Below, one piece after another: positions 12,132-23,942 of a stretch of DNA of 64,000 nt. This DNA is from Heteronotia binoei (taxonomy: Eukaryota). The number at the start of each line of letters is the position of its first letter. Positions within the stretch are counted from its first letter, which is position 1. Under the pieces are notes generated by a model. It saw only the letters and a list, made by a program, of their open reading frames with translations. It made no database searches and was not told where the DNA came from. A program made the translations under genes and the position numbers. The stretch spans positions 37,014,001 to 37,078,000 of the forward strand of contig NC_083235.1 in the NCBI RefSeq assembly GCF_032191835.1, read 5' to 3'.

Positions 12132-15100
12132 AGACTTCTCTAAAGCATGTGTGATATGAATGAAATGGGACTGGAGTGCCCAGGTTTACACAAGAAGTGA
12201 ACACAAAACATTTAAATGTCTGAGAGAGCTGTAACTACTTTACAGGTGTACACAAACCTGTGCTTAGAAAACAAAATTGGTTTCTGTTCAAGCCAAAGAA
12301 TCACTCAGTGCAGTGAAAGAGATTTGGGACTTGGCTTCTTCAGCAAGGGGATATGTTATTAAGGAGCTGTATTGCTAGATTTTGAATTAAGGAGCTGTAT
12401 TGCTGAAAGAGCCAAATTCGTTTCACCTTTCAGGCTGGAGCTGCAATGAGCACTTATTTCATTATACTGTTATGGAGATATTATGCAGAGCTTTCTCTCT
12501 TTCTAGGTGTTAGCATTGCATGCACTTCACCTTGGCTGTCCGTCTGTTCATATTTGTATCCATACACTCTCCAATAAATTGCATTACCTTTGTTAGACAT
12601 TTATGCAGGTAGCAATACACTAATTGAATAGGAAAACAGGCATTTTTATGTGCCTAATCTGTACATTCCAAGGCCATCATAAACCTATAGATGTATGTGA
12701 CTGACATTCCTGCGTCTCTTAGAAAGAGCCATATATGCATGTATTTCTGATCAGACTAGTAAGCATGCGGTTGTACATGAATATGTAATTTTGCATTGAT
12801 ATAATCAAGGAGACAGTTGAGTCTCTGTAGAAGACACTGGGTGTCTCTGACCTATAGATGTGCTGATTTCTTAAATAAATACATACACCTGTACTGAGAG
12901 GTAGTGGACAACTATCCCTCTGAATAAGGCAGTGAGGGTGGGGAGTGAGGCTACAGTTGTAAGGACACTTACCTGGAAGTAAACCCAACTGAATACAGTG
13001 GATCTTACATCTGAATAAACATACATAGGATTGTGCTGTAAGTATTAAAGATTATATTCCATTCTGTTCTGATGTTGCCAGTTGCTATAGGCTGCTGCTA
13101 CATCCTTTGTAGTTGCATCAGTGTGTCTTTTATCAGTGAGAATCTCATAGCATGCTTTTTCTAGAACATAAGTCATTTTGCTGTCCAGCCTACAATGAAT
13201 TTTCAGAACAACAGCAACAAAAATCCTTGCCTCTTACTTAAACTGGATCTAGAAGTGTTTTAAGTAGTTTAAAGAGAATGAGAGACTGGGAATATTAGCT
13301 TGATGCACCTGTGGAATTTTAAAAGCAACAATAACTGTTCAGATGCGATGCAAAGGTCTCTGTTTGCTTTTGTGTTAATATGTCTGCACACGAGAACACC
13401 GCTACGCAGCTGGTGCAGGCTGGCAGTGCAATCCTCAGCAGAGTCACATCTGTCTATGTCCATTGAAGCCAGGGGGTTTAAGAGTGTAGTGACACAATAC
13501 TACTTGTGTCAGAGCCCTGCGTTTACTGTTCAGGTTGATAGGGCGCCGGTGCTAAATTGCACACTGGGTGTCTAGAAGGCCTTAAATGTATGCACCAACT
13601 CTCCCAAAGATACCCTGCACAAATGCACTGCATATCAAGGCTGTGCCATACTGTATGTGTATTAACAGGTTTCGTGGCTACTGATTTCTGGTTTTGTGTC
13701 TTGAAGGTGGGGTTGATTGATCCTATCCCTGTGCAAAAAAGACATCAGATCCATAGCAGTCAGCGGCAAATGTGAAAAGTATTTAAACTTACATGGACTT
13801 GAATTGGGACTTGCTCTTAAGCAAATTTCAATATTGCTGTGGTGTTCATGCTTTTTCCAGTGTACGTGTGCATATCCATGCTTTTGTGAGCCAGGTGGAC
13901 TTGGATCCTGCGAACTAGTTCCATGCACACAAGGTAGCCTTGGCTGTAGAGCGCATTTCCTCTTCATTCTGTTTGCTCAAGATCAATGCCTTTCCATGAG
14001 CCCTTGTGCAATGACATATTCTTGTGCAAGAAGCAGCATGCTCTGAAGCTGAGACTATCTAGCATGTACAGATCTTGTCTAAGCCACCGTGGATATTAAT
14101 CTCTGGGTCTCTGTAGTTTATGTTTGCTGCTCTGTTTGTTTGTTTGTTTTTCATGTTTTCCTTCTTGTATGGTGTGAATACTGGGATTAGTTTATCTCAG
14201 AGTGCAACTTTTAAACAGTGGGTTGGTCTCATGTCTGTGACAGAACTGAGTCATTTTAGAAGTCTCCTTTCCCCTGTTCTCACCCAGAAGGCAACAACCC
14301 AGAGACCCCAATACATCTCAATAGCAACATGTCTCTCGCCTCCTAACACCTGTCATTTACTCTCCTGCATTCTTCTTAACCGCAAAGCTGGGCTTGCCTG
14401 ACTTATGGCTGCTCTTTTAGAATTATTAGTGAATAATTCTATCTTTGCTGAAAACTGTTCCTTTATGCAAAATTTAGCATTTGCCCTCAGAATTCCCAGG
14501 AGTCCCAATATCCTTTCGAAGGGATTAAAATCTGCATTTTCTGGGTAATTAAAAAAAAAAGACAATTGACAAGTACAAGATTGTGTTCTGTTTCACTAAC
14601 CTTCCCTTCAAAACTATTGTTCAGACCTGGTTTTGCAGGGGAGGGGGGAGATAGGGAGAAAGGGAGATTTTTCTTTTTATTTGTGTGGGCAATATCCAAT
14701 TGCTTTGAATGTTTTCTGAAAAGCTCCCTCTCACATTTATCTCTTGAATTACATATGTGTTTGCTAGGGCCCCACCCTGCAGAGGCTCTTATTTCTGTCT
14801 GTGCACAATTGTACCTGGCCTAACCTTTGTATGTGTCACTGAGTGTGTGAATGCTGTTTTTAGCCCATGCATGTTGAGTTTTTTCCTAATGTGATTGTTC
14901 ACTTATCAGTGCTGGACTTCTGTTTATCCAGTTGTGTGTGTGTGTGTGTGAAAAGCTGCATACTATATTTTGGTGCATGTTTTATTTTATTTTGTCTGTA
15001 TGTTTAATGTGTGTATCCAAGTGCAAAAATCTTCCTAAGAGTTATGCTTTGGCTATATACATATAGATAAATATTTTTTTCTTTTTCTATGTGTGTTTTG

Positions 15101-16507
15101 TGCAAAATCCTTGCATGTATCTATTTCATACTTTTTAGAGAAAGGAATATGAGGTTTGCTGATATGCTGCACAGAAATGGTTTCTGTCTGAATTGCTGTT
15201 TTGCCTCTCCATCTGATATTAGTGCATGTTACAGACGTGTCTTTGTGCTGTTGCATGTCTCTGCCTATGTGTATTATTCTTTGTTGCATTTAAGCGGCAC
15301 ATACCTTTTGTGTGCCTTCTTCTGGACATTTTGTTCTTGCACTGTATCTTTGATTTAAAATTTGTTTATTTATTTAGGAAAAAAGTGAGGGTGCAGAAGA
15401 GAGGAAAAGGAAAAATTGGGTTGTAGAACATATATTGTGTTACATAATATATAGAACAATAAATAAATTCATGTTCATCCCCTTCATTATCTATAACATA
15501 CAATAATTCTTATTTCTGCTGGGGTACAATTGTATTAATAAGTTAAGTTTTAAGTTTCAAATTTCATAACTGATCTATTTTCACTACACTGGTTTCATCA
15601 TTACTACGTATTCAACATAACATATTTTTTGCCACTTCTACATATTCATTAGAACCTTTAAGATAAGTAGTATATCATGGTGTGAAAGAAAGTATTATAT
15701 ATCTCAGAGAGAGAACCCATTTATATTAAGAATATTACATTTCTGAATAGGCTGGCCAACCCCCAGGTTCCAGCGGGGGATCCCCTGGTTTTGCAGGCTC
15801 CCTGCTGCCAACCAGCTGGCCGGCAGTGGAACCCCTGCCCCAACAGCTGCAATGTGCATTTAAACCTCAACAGGATTAAAAGAACCTTGCAAACTGTTTC
15901 TGTTTTGGACTGTGTGTGTGCCTTTAAAACTCAGGTGGAAGAAAACTGCATGTTTGGGGTAAGCAAGCAGAACCACTTGGCTCTTCCCAGTGAGTATATG
16001 AACCATGTGAGAAAGGAAGAGAGCCAGTGCAGTCCCTCTGTTTGTTTTGCATTGGTTTCAGAAATTGTGTGTATAGTAAATTGGAGTTAACTAGAACCTG
16101 ATTATTGGAATGGAGAAACACTCCACCCCCTAGGCTGCTCTCCTTTTATTTTCCTGTTAGTCTGAAGAAGTTGGTTGAAATTCAGCAGATAGTTACATTC
16201 AGCAACTCTCATGAGTAAATTGCCCCAGGGAAATCACAAAAGTGTGTGCTTACAAACTGTTTATTTTGGCTGCTTTGTGAGTGTGTGTTAACTTTCATAT
16301 AGTGGAAGTGCTGCTGCTGGGGGATGAGGAAATTAAGACTTTATTCAGGGGAACTGCAGTGCTGTATTTTATTTATTTTAAGGAATGGGGAAGTCTCCAG
16401 GCTCCACCCCTAAAGTCCCCAGATATGTTATGAGTTGGACCGGCAACTTTACATTTTAAACAAATTTTAATTCTACTTCTATTTCATTACCATGTATTTG
16501 TATATGT

Positions 16508-16648
16508 CAGGGGTGGCCAACGGTAGCTCTCCATATTTTTTTTTGCCTACAACTCCCATCAGCCTCAGCCATTGGCCATGCTGGCTGGGGCTGATGGGAG
16601 TTGTAGGCAAAAAAAAAACATCTGGAGAGCTACTGTTGGCCACTCCTG
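16508..16648. mobile_element. Palindromic hAT-type MITE with perfect 8-bp TSD GTATATGT
   Basis: CAGGGGTGGCCAAC...GTTGGCCACTCCTG; TSD at 16500-16507 and 16649-16656. A sister copy lies at 45109-45242. Confidence 0.85.
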
Positions 16649-16654
16649 GTATAT

Positions 16655-18010
16655 GTTATTTTCCCATTTTACATTCGTCTCCCTCTAGCATAATGCATAC
16701 ACCATCTTTCTTAAAATTTCATAATAGACCTGTTTCTCAAATTGGTTGTTAATTTTGCCATTTGTGTATTCAGCAAATTTATTTTTCCATTCTTCTAAAC
16801 GTGGACAGACTTCTAGTTTCCATTATGTTGCATAAATAGTACTCGCTGCTGTCACCATGCTTTTTAAATAGCTCTTCTAAATTTTTTGGTAATTTGTAGG
16901 CAGAACACCTAACAGCATGCTCTTGGCTTCCACTTGGAATTTAAACTTTAATATATTCTGCATTATTTCTTTCAGATATATTTTTGCTTTTTTATAAGTC
17001 CACCACATATGAAAGAAGGTTTCATCTATGTCTTGTCATTTCCAGCATTTTCCTTCGTAGTTTTTATGTGTTTTCTTGATGTTATTTGGAGTTACATACC
17101 ATCTCGAAACCATTTTGTGTGAATTTTCTCTTAGTATCTGGCTGACTGTAAATTATATATATTGTTCCCATAGTCATTCCCATTGTTGCATCAATACAAT
17201 TTTTAAAATTTTGCATCCACTTAATCATACATCTTTTCACTTGTTCATCTTCCATTTCTAGCTGGGATAAAATCTTATATCCAGGGCTTTTTTATTGGTA
17301 GCAGGAACTCCTTTGCATATTAGGCCACACACCCCTGATGTAGCCAATCCTCCTGGAGCTTACAGTAGGTCCTGTACTAAGAGCCCTGTAAGCTCTTGGG
17401 GGATGGGCTACATCAAGGGGATGTGGCCTAATATGCAAAGGAGTTCCTGCTACAAAAATAGCCCTGTATCCATCACAGTAAATGCTCATTTTGTTTTATA
17501 AACTGCTCCAATTTGCATCTCTTAGAACTCCACTTTCAATACTCATGATCCCCTTTAGTCTTGAGACTGATTGATAATATATCAGCCATTGAATGTTTAC
17601 ACTTTCATTTTTAATAACTTGCCAAGACTTGATTTTCCCGAGTGTTTATCATCATGCCACAAGTTATATCCTTATCATAATGAGCTTCTACTGGGGACAT
17701 AAGCAAAAAATTTGAGGGGCTCAATAAATTCCAGAGTGTAAACCATACTCTCAAAAGTCCATATCCGATTACTTAATTTCTTTCTTGTGTTATCTTTTTA
17801 ACCGATTTCTTAATCCATAAGTAATTTGTGTAGGCCATCATCAAGAACTGCTGATTCTAATATTACTATTCTTTGTCTTGGGTTTTTCATCCAGTCCACA
17901 ATCCAGACCAGACTGGCTGCTTGGTAATACAATTTTACATTTGGAACTGCTAAACTTCCTCTCTTTTCTCATCTTGTACATCTTCTTCTGGATGTCTTGT
18001 TCTTGCACTG
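16655..18010 (-). mobile_element. Degenerate L1 ORF2 3' fragment, interrupted by a MITE
   Basis: The minus strand encodes remnants such as AVPNVKLYYQAASLVWIVDWMKNP. The AAGTCCACCACATATG...GAAGG..TCAT segment is homologous to the L1 at 59200-59260. Confidence 0.6.
17282..17466. mobile_element. Long-TIR palindromic MITE (CAGGGCTTT.. family)
   Basis: ~65-bp imperfect TIRs (GTAGCAGGAACTCCTTTGCATATTAGGCCACA). A sister copy lies at 49699-49878. Confidence 0.8.
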
Positions 18011-19082
18011 ATGGGTGTCAGCATATCTGCCTGTTGGCACCCTCATGCTCCTCTGCATACGTGGGCGTACACTCCATGCCCCAGTTTGTCTGCTGCTGAC
18101 CCACCTGGCTCGCTGACAACAGCTCCAGCTCTCTTACCTTGGCAATGGTATGTGTAATTTACCCCTATCATTTTAAAATTTGCAGGCCTGGACAGAGTCC
18201 TTTCAAAGGGCAATAATCAATCAAGCCAGGATATTAGATGGATTTATGGCTGCTTTATGCACCGGGATCAATGCAATTCTTTAAAAAAAAAAAACAGCCT
18301 GCAATGTTTGTGCAGCAAATTACACTTCCCCCTCCCCTTCTCCTCCACACAACAACTGAGTAGAATATATTCTAAGGGATTGTCACAGGATCGATTCTCT
18401 GATCTTCAGCTCCACCTTGGCTAAAGAAGATTGCTCTTTCCCTCCCTCCTGGGGTGCTGTGCTTGAAGAGCAGTGGAGGGACAAGCAGGCTGTTTGACCA
18501 GCCTGTTAGAACGGTGGCCTTCTGAGCCCAGAGGCCACCAAGGAACGTTCTGCAGGCTGATCCTAATGAACAGCAACAGCGAATTAATTAGAAGGAAGAA
18601 GGCGAGGGACGGAAAGGCCTCTGGACCCCAAGTTAATGAGGAGGGAGAGCCTGGGGATCATTTGGGAGGTGGCAGGAATCCAGAATCCCCTCTTCCCCAG
18701 GGAAAGGCCAAAGTGAGCTCAGCTGCCTACGGGGATCCTTTTGTTTGACCAAAGACCGAGGGAAGAGGGGAGGCTTTTCTGAGAGATTTCTGCAAAAAGA
18801 GGCCAACACAGGTAAGCATCACCTGCTTCTCTCTGTGTCCAGGATGCTGCGATTGTCACTGCAAGTAACAGCGATGTCCTAATTCCCATTGCACAGAACG
18901 GGAGATGATTGCACGCACACACACACATACACACAAAAGGCCCAAATGCAGCAGTGGCAAATCAGTGATTCAGGGGATGGTTCAGGCAAGCAGTATGGAA
19001 TCTTGAGAGTATCCATGCAGGATTTGGCATGCTACAAGTTGAGTGACTGCTTTACTGACTCACCAGATTTACCTCATCATGG

Positions 19083-19598
19083 TGCTGTGGATCAGCCAGA
19101 GCAGGCCGGTTCTGATGATCAGAGAAGCATGAGTGACAAAGGAGGAGCAGTGGAAGCAGGGCCTGACTCACAGTTGTCAGATGACAACCGGTCTTCCAAA
19201 GTCACCACTGTTCAACCAAAATAAGAGCTGCCACCTGCAGACAATGCGCAGGTCATTCCAGCACAGAACCTGGACAAAGTCTCCATGGTAGGCTCGCCTC
19301 CTGGATCTCCAGAGCCACTGGAGTGCAGGTATTGAAGGGCATGACAGGAGTTACATGAGAGGAGGCAGAGTGCATACCTAGCTGCCCAGAGACACCTGGC
19401 TCTAACTGGCCAAATGCAGCCCAGCTGTGACCCAAGTGGCTTGGGCATAAATGGAGGCGAGGAAGACAGGTTAATCATGGAAGCAATGAGTTCTCTTACT
19501 GTTGACTCTGCCACCATGTAACTGGATCCGGCCTCACACACCTGACCTCAGATCGGCTTGAACCTCTCAACCTGCACCTTCTAACCCCTTGGACTGAT

Positions 19599-19632
<34 letters not shown>

Positions 19633-20047
19633 ACTGGATTTATATCCCACCCTTCACTCTGAATCTCAGAGCGGCTCACAATCACCTTTATCGTCCTCCT
19701 GCACAACAGACACGCTGTGAGGTAGGTGGAGCTGAGAGAGCTCTTACAGCAGTTGCTCTTTCAAGGACAACTCTTGCGAGAGCTATGGCTGACCCAAGGC
19801 CATTCCAGCTGCTGCAAGTGGAGGAGTGGGGAATCAAACCCGGTTCTCCCAGATAAGAGTCTGCACACTTAACCACTACACCGAACTGGACTCAGCTCTT
19901 GAACTCGCCCACACTAACTCCAGTAATAGCTCTCCAATCGGTTTTCTGACTTATGGACTGGCTTTGGACTATACTACGTGGCTCTATCCTGTCTAGTTCA
20001 GCTCAGGCACACCCCAGCATCAGCCGTGACCCAGCCAGATTGGGACA
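19083..20047 (+). mobile_element. Solo LTR (Gypsy/BEL-like) with 5-bp TSD CATGG, containing a nested SINE
   Basis: CATGG (19078-19082) TG...GGGACA CATGG (20048-20052); TATA-like GCATAAAT at ~19445; no internal coding region. Confidence 0.7.
19598..19892 (-). mobile_element. tRNA-derived SINE with L2-like tail (Squam3-like) and (ATC)n tail
   Basis: Minus-strand head AGTTCGGTGTAGTGGTTAAGTG (A box) and GGTTTGATTCC (B box); tail GGGATATAAATCCAGT(ATC)n. Confidence 0.85.
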
Positions 20048-20914
20048 CATGGCATCGAGGGACACAGTATCTGGGAGCTGAGCATAAACTCAGGTCTTTG
20101 CATAGCTACTTGCTTTGCCAGGGGGCCAGATTCTCCCCAGATTTGCCAATTTTATTAATACTCCAATTTAGTGATGGGAGATGCCCTTCAGGGAATTCTC
20201 AGATTGCCATCATTTTCCTTGAATGGACTATATAGTGGTCATTTATCTGGATAAATAATATTGCCCCCAGTAAGTAATCCCATTGACTGGTGTTTTCCAG
20301 CAGTCGGGCTGCTAACTGCAGAAATTATCCCCTCAGCCAGCCCAGATCTTGCAGGTGTGATCGGTGGTGTCTCGGGGTATCACTGCCAGGCGTGCTGCAA
20401 GTTCCTTCCCTGTCTACCTGCATCAGTTTGACAGGTCCACCAATTTTTAATCCCCCACACACACACTTTTTGCCTGAAGCCGTGAGCTTATGCTCTTCAT
20501 TGTTCAAGTACATTTATCTTTAAAGGAAAAATCTCCCCCTGCTGCCCACTGCCCATGCACATCTAGCCTCTGGCCAGCTATGCCTTCTCTTGCCCATTAT
20601 AAAGAGATGGGAGTATTATTTCATGTGCAGGGCAGGCAAAGAGAAACATTAGTTAGGAAAAGAAGATTTTTCTGGATAGGCCCTGAAAATCTGGTTATTA
20701 TTGAGTTTTGATTCAGGAAGAATTTATTTGATGTGGGAAAGGGATTCACTTTATGTTGCATTAATTGGATTAAAAGCCTCAATTTAAAAGAATCATATTG
20801 GGGTATGAAGAAATGCAGTTTTTCTCATGGGAGGTTTGAGGTTAGCAAAGCCTCCACTGTACATTTTAAAAGTTTATTTTCCTCTGGGCAGAGGACAGGC
20901 AAGAGAGGGAGGAT

Positions 20915-21005
20915 GTCTCCAGGCGTACCCAGTCACCTAATCATGGTAATCTATGCAATGGTGACCTCTAGGCTAGACTGCTGTAACTCATTCTACACAG
21001 GGCTC
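20915..21005 (+). mobile_element. Short L2 ORF2 fragment
   Basis: ATCTATGCAATGGTGACCTCTAGGCTAGACTGCTGTAACTC encodes the IYAMVTSRLDCCNS motif, homologous to the L2 at 61670-61710. Confidence 0.65.
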
Positions 21006-21564
21006 ACCTTCATACCAATGCTAATAGATCTATAATGGGTGGGTCAAAATCTCCCCCTTCCTTCTAGCAGGGAACAGAGGTTTGGAGGACTTTAGACTAT
21101 CAAGGCTCCAGGACTAATCTCCAGGAAGAAACTGCACAAAATGCTTTTTTGACCTGGTCTGGCTGGGTCAGTGGGAGGAGAAACACCTATGATAAAACTT
21201 CCTTGCTACAGAAAGGAGGTCTCTTTTCCTTGGGTGCTGACAGAGTTCACTTAGATCTCTCCACTGGGAAGGAAGCCATTGACCATGCACTTACCTCAAG
21301 AGCTGGAGCAAGCTTCAAGGTAATAAACTTTATAGGGGTCTACCACCCCTAAACTAAAGAGTCTGTCCTATTTTAACATTTGTAGAGGGCATGTATAGAG
21401 AGAGGGACAGAGGATTTGCATTTTATCCCTTGCTGAAGTTGGTGCTGTGCTAAAAGTATGTTTGTTAACAGAGGGTGGTGCTAGGAGAGAGGATGTCACC
21501 TTGATACCTCTTAGCATGTGGGATCCCTCAGGGAGCAGTCCTCTCACCAATGTTGTCTAACATC

Positions 21565-21842
21565 CAGGGCTGCCAAGCTCCTGGGCGGGGTTCTCCCGCT
21601 TTGGGGGTTCCCAACCCACCGGCCTGCAGTGGGCCGGCGGGGGATCCCCTCCCGACATTGCCGGCGCAATGACATCACTTGTAAGTGATGGCATCGTCCC
21701 AGCAATGTCGCGTACCGGCCACTCTAGGAGCTTCCGGGAAAACTCTATGGGTTTCCTGAATACTCTAGCAATTTGGGAGGAAAATTCTATGGTACCATTA
21801 AAAAATCTCCCACCAGAGGCCACAGAGGGCTTGGCAACCCTA
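21565..21842. mobile_element. hAT MITE with perfect 8-bp TSD CTAACATC
   Basis: TIRs CAGGGCTGCCAAGC / GCTTGGCAACCCTA (12/14); TSD at 21557-21564 and 21843-21850. Confidence 0.85.
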
Positions 21843-22199
21843 CTAACATCTGCATATGCCTCCTTGACCAGCTGGTGTGGAGTTTCAGGCTGGGGTGTCA
21901 TCAATATGCTCAGGACAGTGACTTTTTCAACTAGCCTGGCCTCTTTTTCCACTCACTCCTGCCCGGGGTAAGCAAATTGATTCAGACACCATCTGAAATT
22001 GTTTTATTGTTTTTAACTACTTTAACTTTGACTAGGTTTGTAATTTTGAATATGGTACAACACCCTGAGCTCCAAGTATGGGGGAAGGTGGTCTAAAAAT
22101 CTAAGAACTACATAAATAAAAATAAACATTTTCTTTTAAATAAATACTATATCACTTTGGATACTAGCTGTGGTTCTCTGTACTACACAGATCTCCAAT

Positions 22200-22416
22200 C
22201 AATGTTCCCTCTAAGCTACAGAGTCTTGTGAGCAAAAATTCTACTTTATGAGCTATGCCTACTGACATTAAAGTTGTGAGCTACGGGCATTAAAGCTGTG
22301 AGCTACTGCATAAATTAGGGTGCTCTGGGGTAATCCTTCCTGAGCTAAGACAAAAATGTGTGAAGCTAAAAAATCTATGAGCTAGCTCACGCTGACTCAG
22401 CTTAGAGGGAACACTG
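22200..22416. mobile_element. hAT MITE, CAGTGTTCCCTCTAAGCT TIR family
   Basis: 18-bp TIRs (17/18); TSD TCTCCAAT/CCTCCAAT. Sister copies lie at 50774 and 58349, with a partial copy at ~47830-47980. Confidence 0.85.
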
Positions 22417-22704
22417 CCTCCAATGTCTTGGACATGCTATTTGAAAAGGATTGCCAGCAGGAAGGCCAGCAGTTGGCAAGCAGTTATTCCTCCAGGGGTG
22501 CACAAGGCAGTAAATGGTCTCCATGGTGACCAGGTGTGGGCAGAGAGAGACAGAGAGGCAAGGCTTCAAAACTTGGAAAGGAAGTTGAGAGCCCTGATCC
22601 TCCGAGTGGGCAATTCCAGACAAAGGTGAGGTGGTGGCAGCAAGCTAGAAGGAAAGCCTTTCCAAGTGTGGAGGAACACCAAGGAGGGCAGGGACTACAG
22701 ACCA

Positions 22705-23127
22705 AGTCTGGAGACCAAGTCCTATGAAGAAAGGTTGAAGGAGCAGGACATGTTTAGCCTGGAGAGGAGGTGGCTGAGAGGTGATATGATCACCGTCTTC
22801 AAATACTTGAAAGGCTGTCATATAGTGGATGGTTTTCTGTGGTCCCAGAATGTAGGACCGGAACCAATGGGTTGAAATTAAATCAGAAGAGTTTCCAGCT
22901 CAACTTTAGGAAGAACTTCCTGACAGAGCGGTTCCTCAGTGGAACAGGCTTCCTCAGGAGGTGGTGGGCTCTCCTTCCTTGGGAGGTTTTTAAACAGAGG
23001 CTAGATGGCCATCTGACAGCATGAGGATCCTGTGAATTTAGGGGGTGGTATTTGTGAATTTCCTGCATTGTCCAGGGGGTTGGACTAGATGACCCCGGGG
23101 GTCCCTTCCAACTCTATGATTCTATGA
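22705..23127 (+). mobile_element. CR1 LINE 3' fragment (TTCTATGA-tail subfamily)
   Basis: Encodes a [30 protein letters not shown]-terminal ORF2 remnant and ends CCCTTCCAACTCTATGATTCTATGA. Confidence 0.9.
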
Positions 23128-23860
23128 CCAGAGCAGGCACATTCTGCCAGATGGGGCTTAGGAAAGAAGTCTACCTGAGTCTTTAGAGGGCCACCACTGG
23201 CCATTAGAGTAGACAGTATGTGACACTAGAAGAACTAGATGATCTGACTTCGTTTAAGACGGTTTCATTTCTCCAATAATTCCCACTCCACATATCACTC
23301 TTAGCATGCTCACTGGAATAATCTCTTCAGGTATGTGAACAACAGTTGTGAAACTGGTAGATGACTGCATTATTAGATAATCCAGGCTGCATTGGCCTTT
23401 TTTGAATGTGTAGCAAAATGCTTGTCATTTCAATGAGAGATGCGAGGCAGGAGGAGGAGAGTGAGATTTTGTGCTTCCATGGGAAGTGCAATGCATCCAG
23501 TGTGGTGTAGTGGTTAAAGTGTCAGGCCAGGGGTACCCTGTGACCTTTTGGATATGCACCTGTGAATTGGCTCTTGAAGAGTTCTAAATCTGCGGACTTA
23601 GATTTTAGTTGTTGTTACCACCCCTAGATGCAATAGTAGCACAAACTCCACAACAGGCAGCCTTGTGTTAAAACAGATTGTTTCATGGATTCTGGCATGT
23701 AAACATCTTTACTGGAGAAGCAGTGGAAGAAGCGCCTATATATGACCAAGAGCCTTTTTCTGTCTTTCCCACTTCCCTTTGCCACATAAGAACATAAGAG
23801 AAGCCATGTTAGATCAGGCCAATGGCCCATCCAGTCCAACATTCTGTGTCACACAGCGGC

Positions 23861-23863
<3 letters not shown>

Positions 23864-23937
<74 letters not shown>
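23864..23937. repeat. (TA)n(CA)n compound microsatellite inside the CR1 3' UTR
   Basis: Read directly from the sequence. Confidence 0.95.
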
Positions 23938-23942
23938 TGTGG

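Noticed and set aside
13541-13557. REST/RE1-like motif (TTTAGCACC..GGCGCC)
   Set aside because: Only the left half-site resembles RE1; the GGACAG half is missing.
16161-16180. CTGAAGA-N8-GAAA hammerhead-like spacing
   Set aside because: There is no convincing stem I or III and no cleavage triplet; at most a 2-bp stem II.
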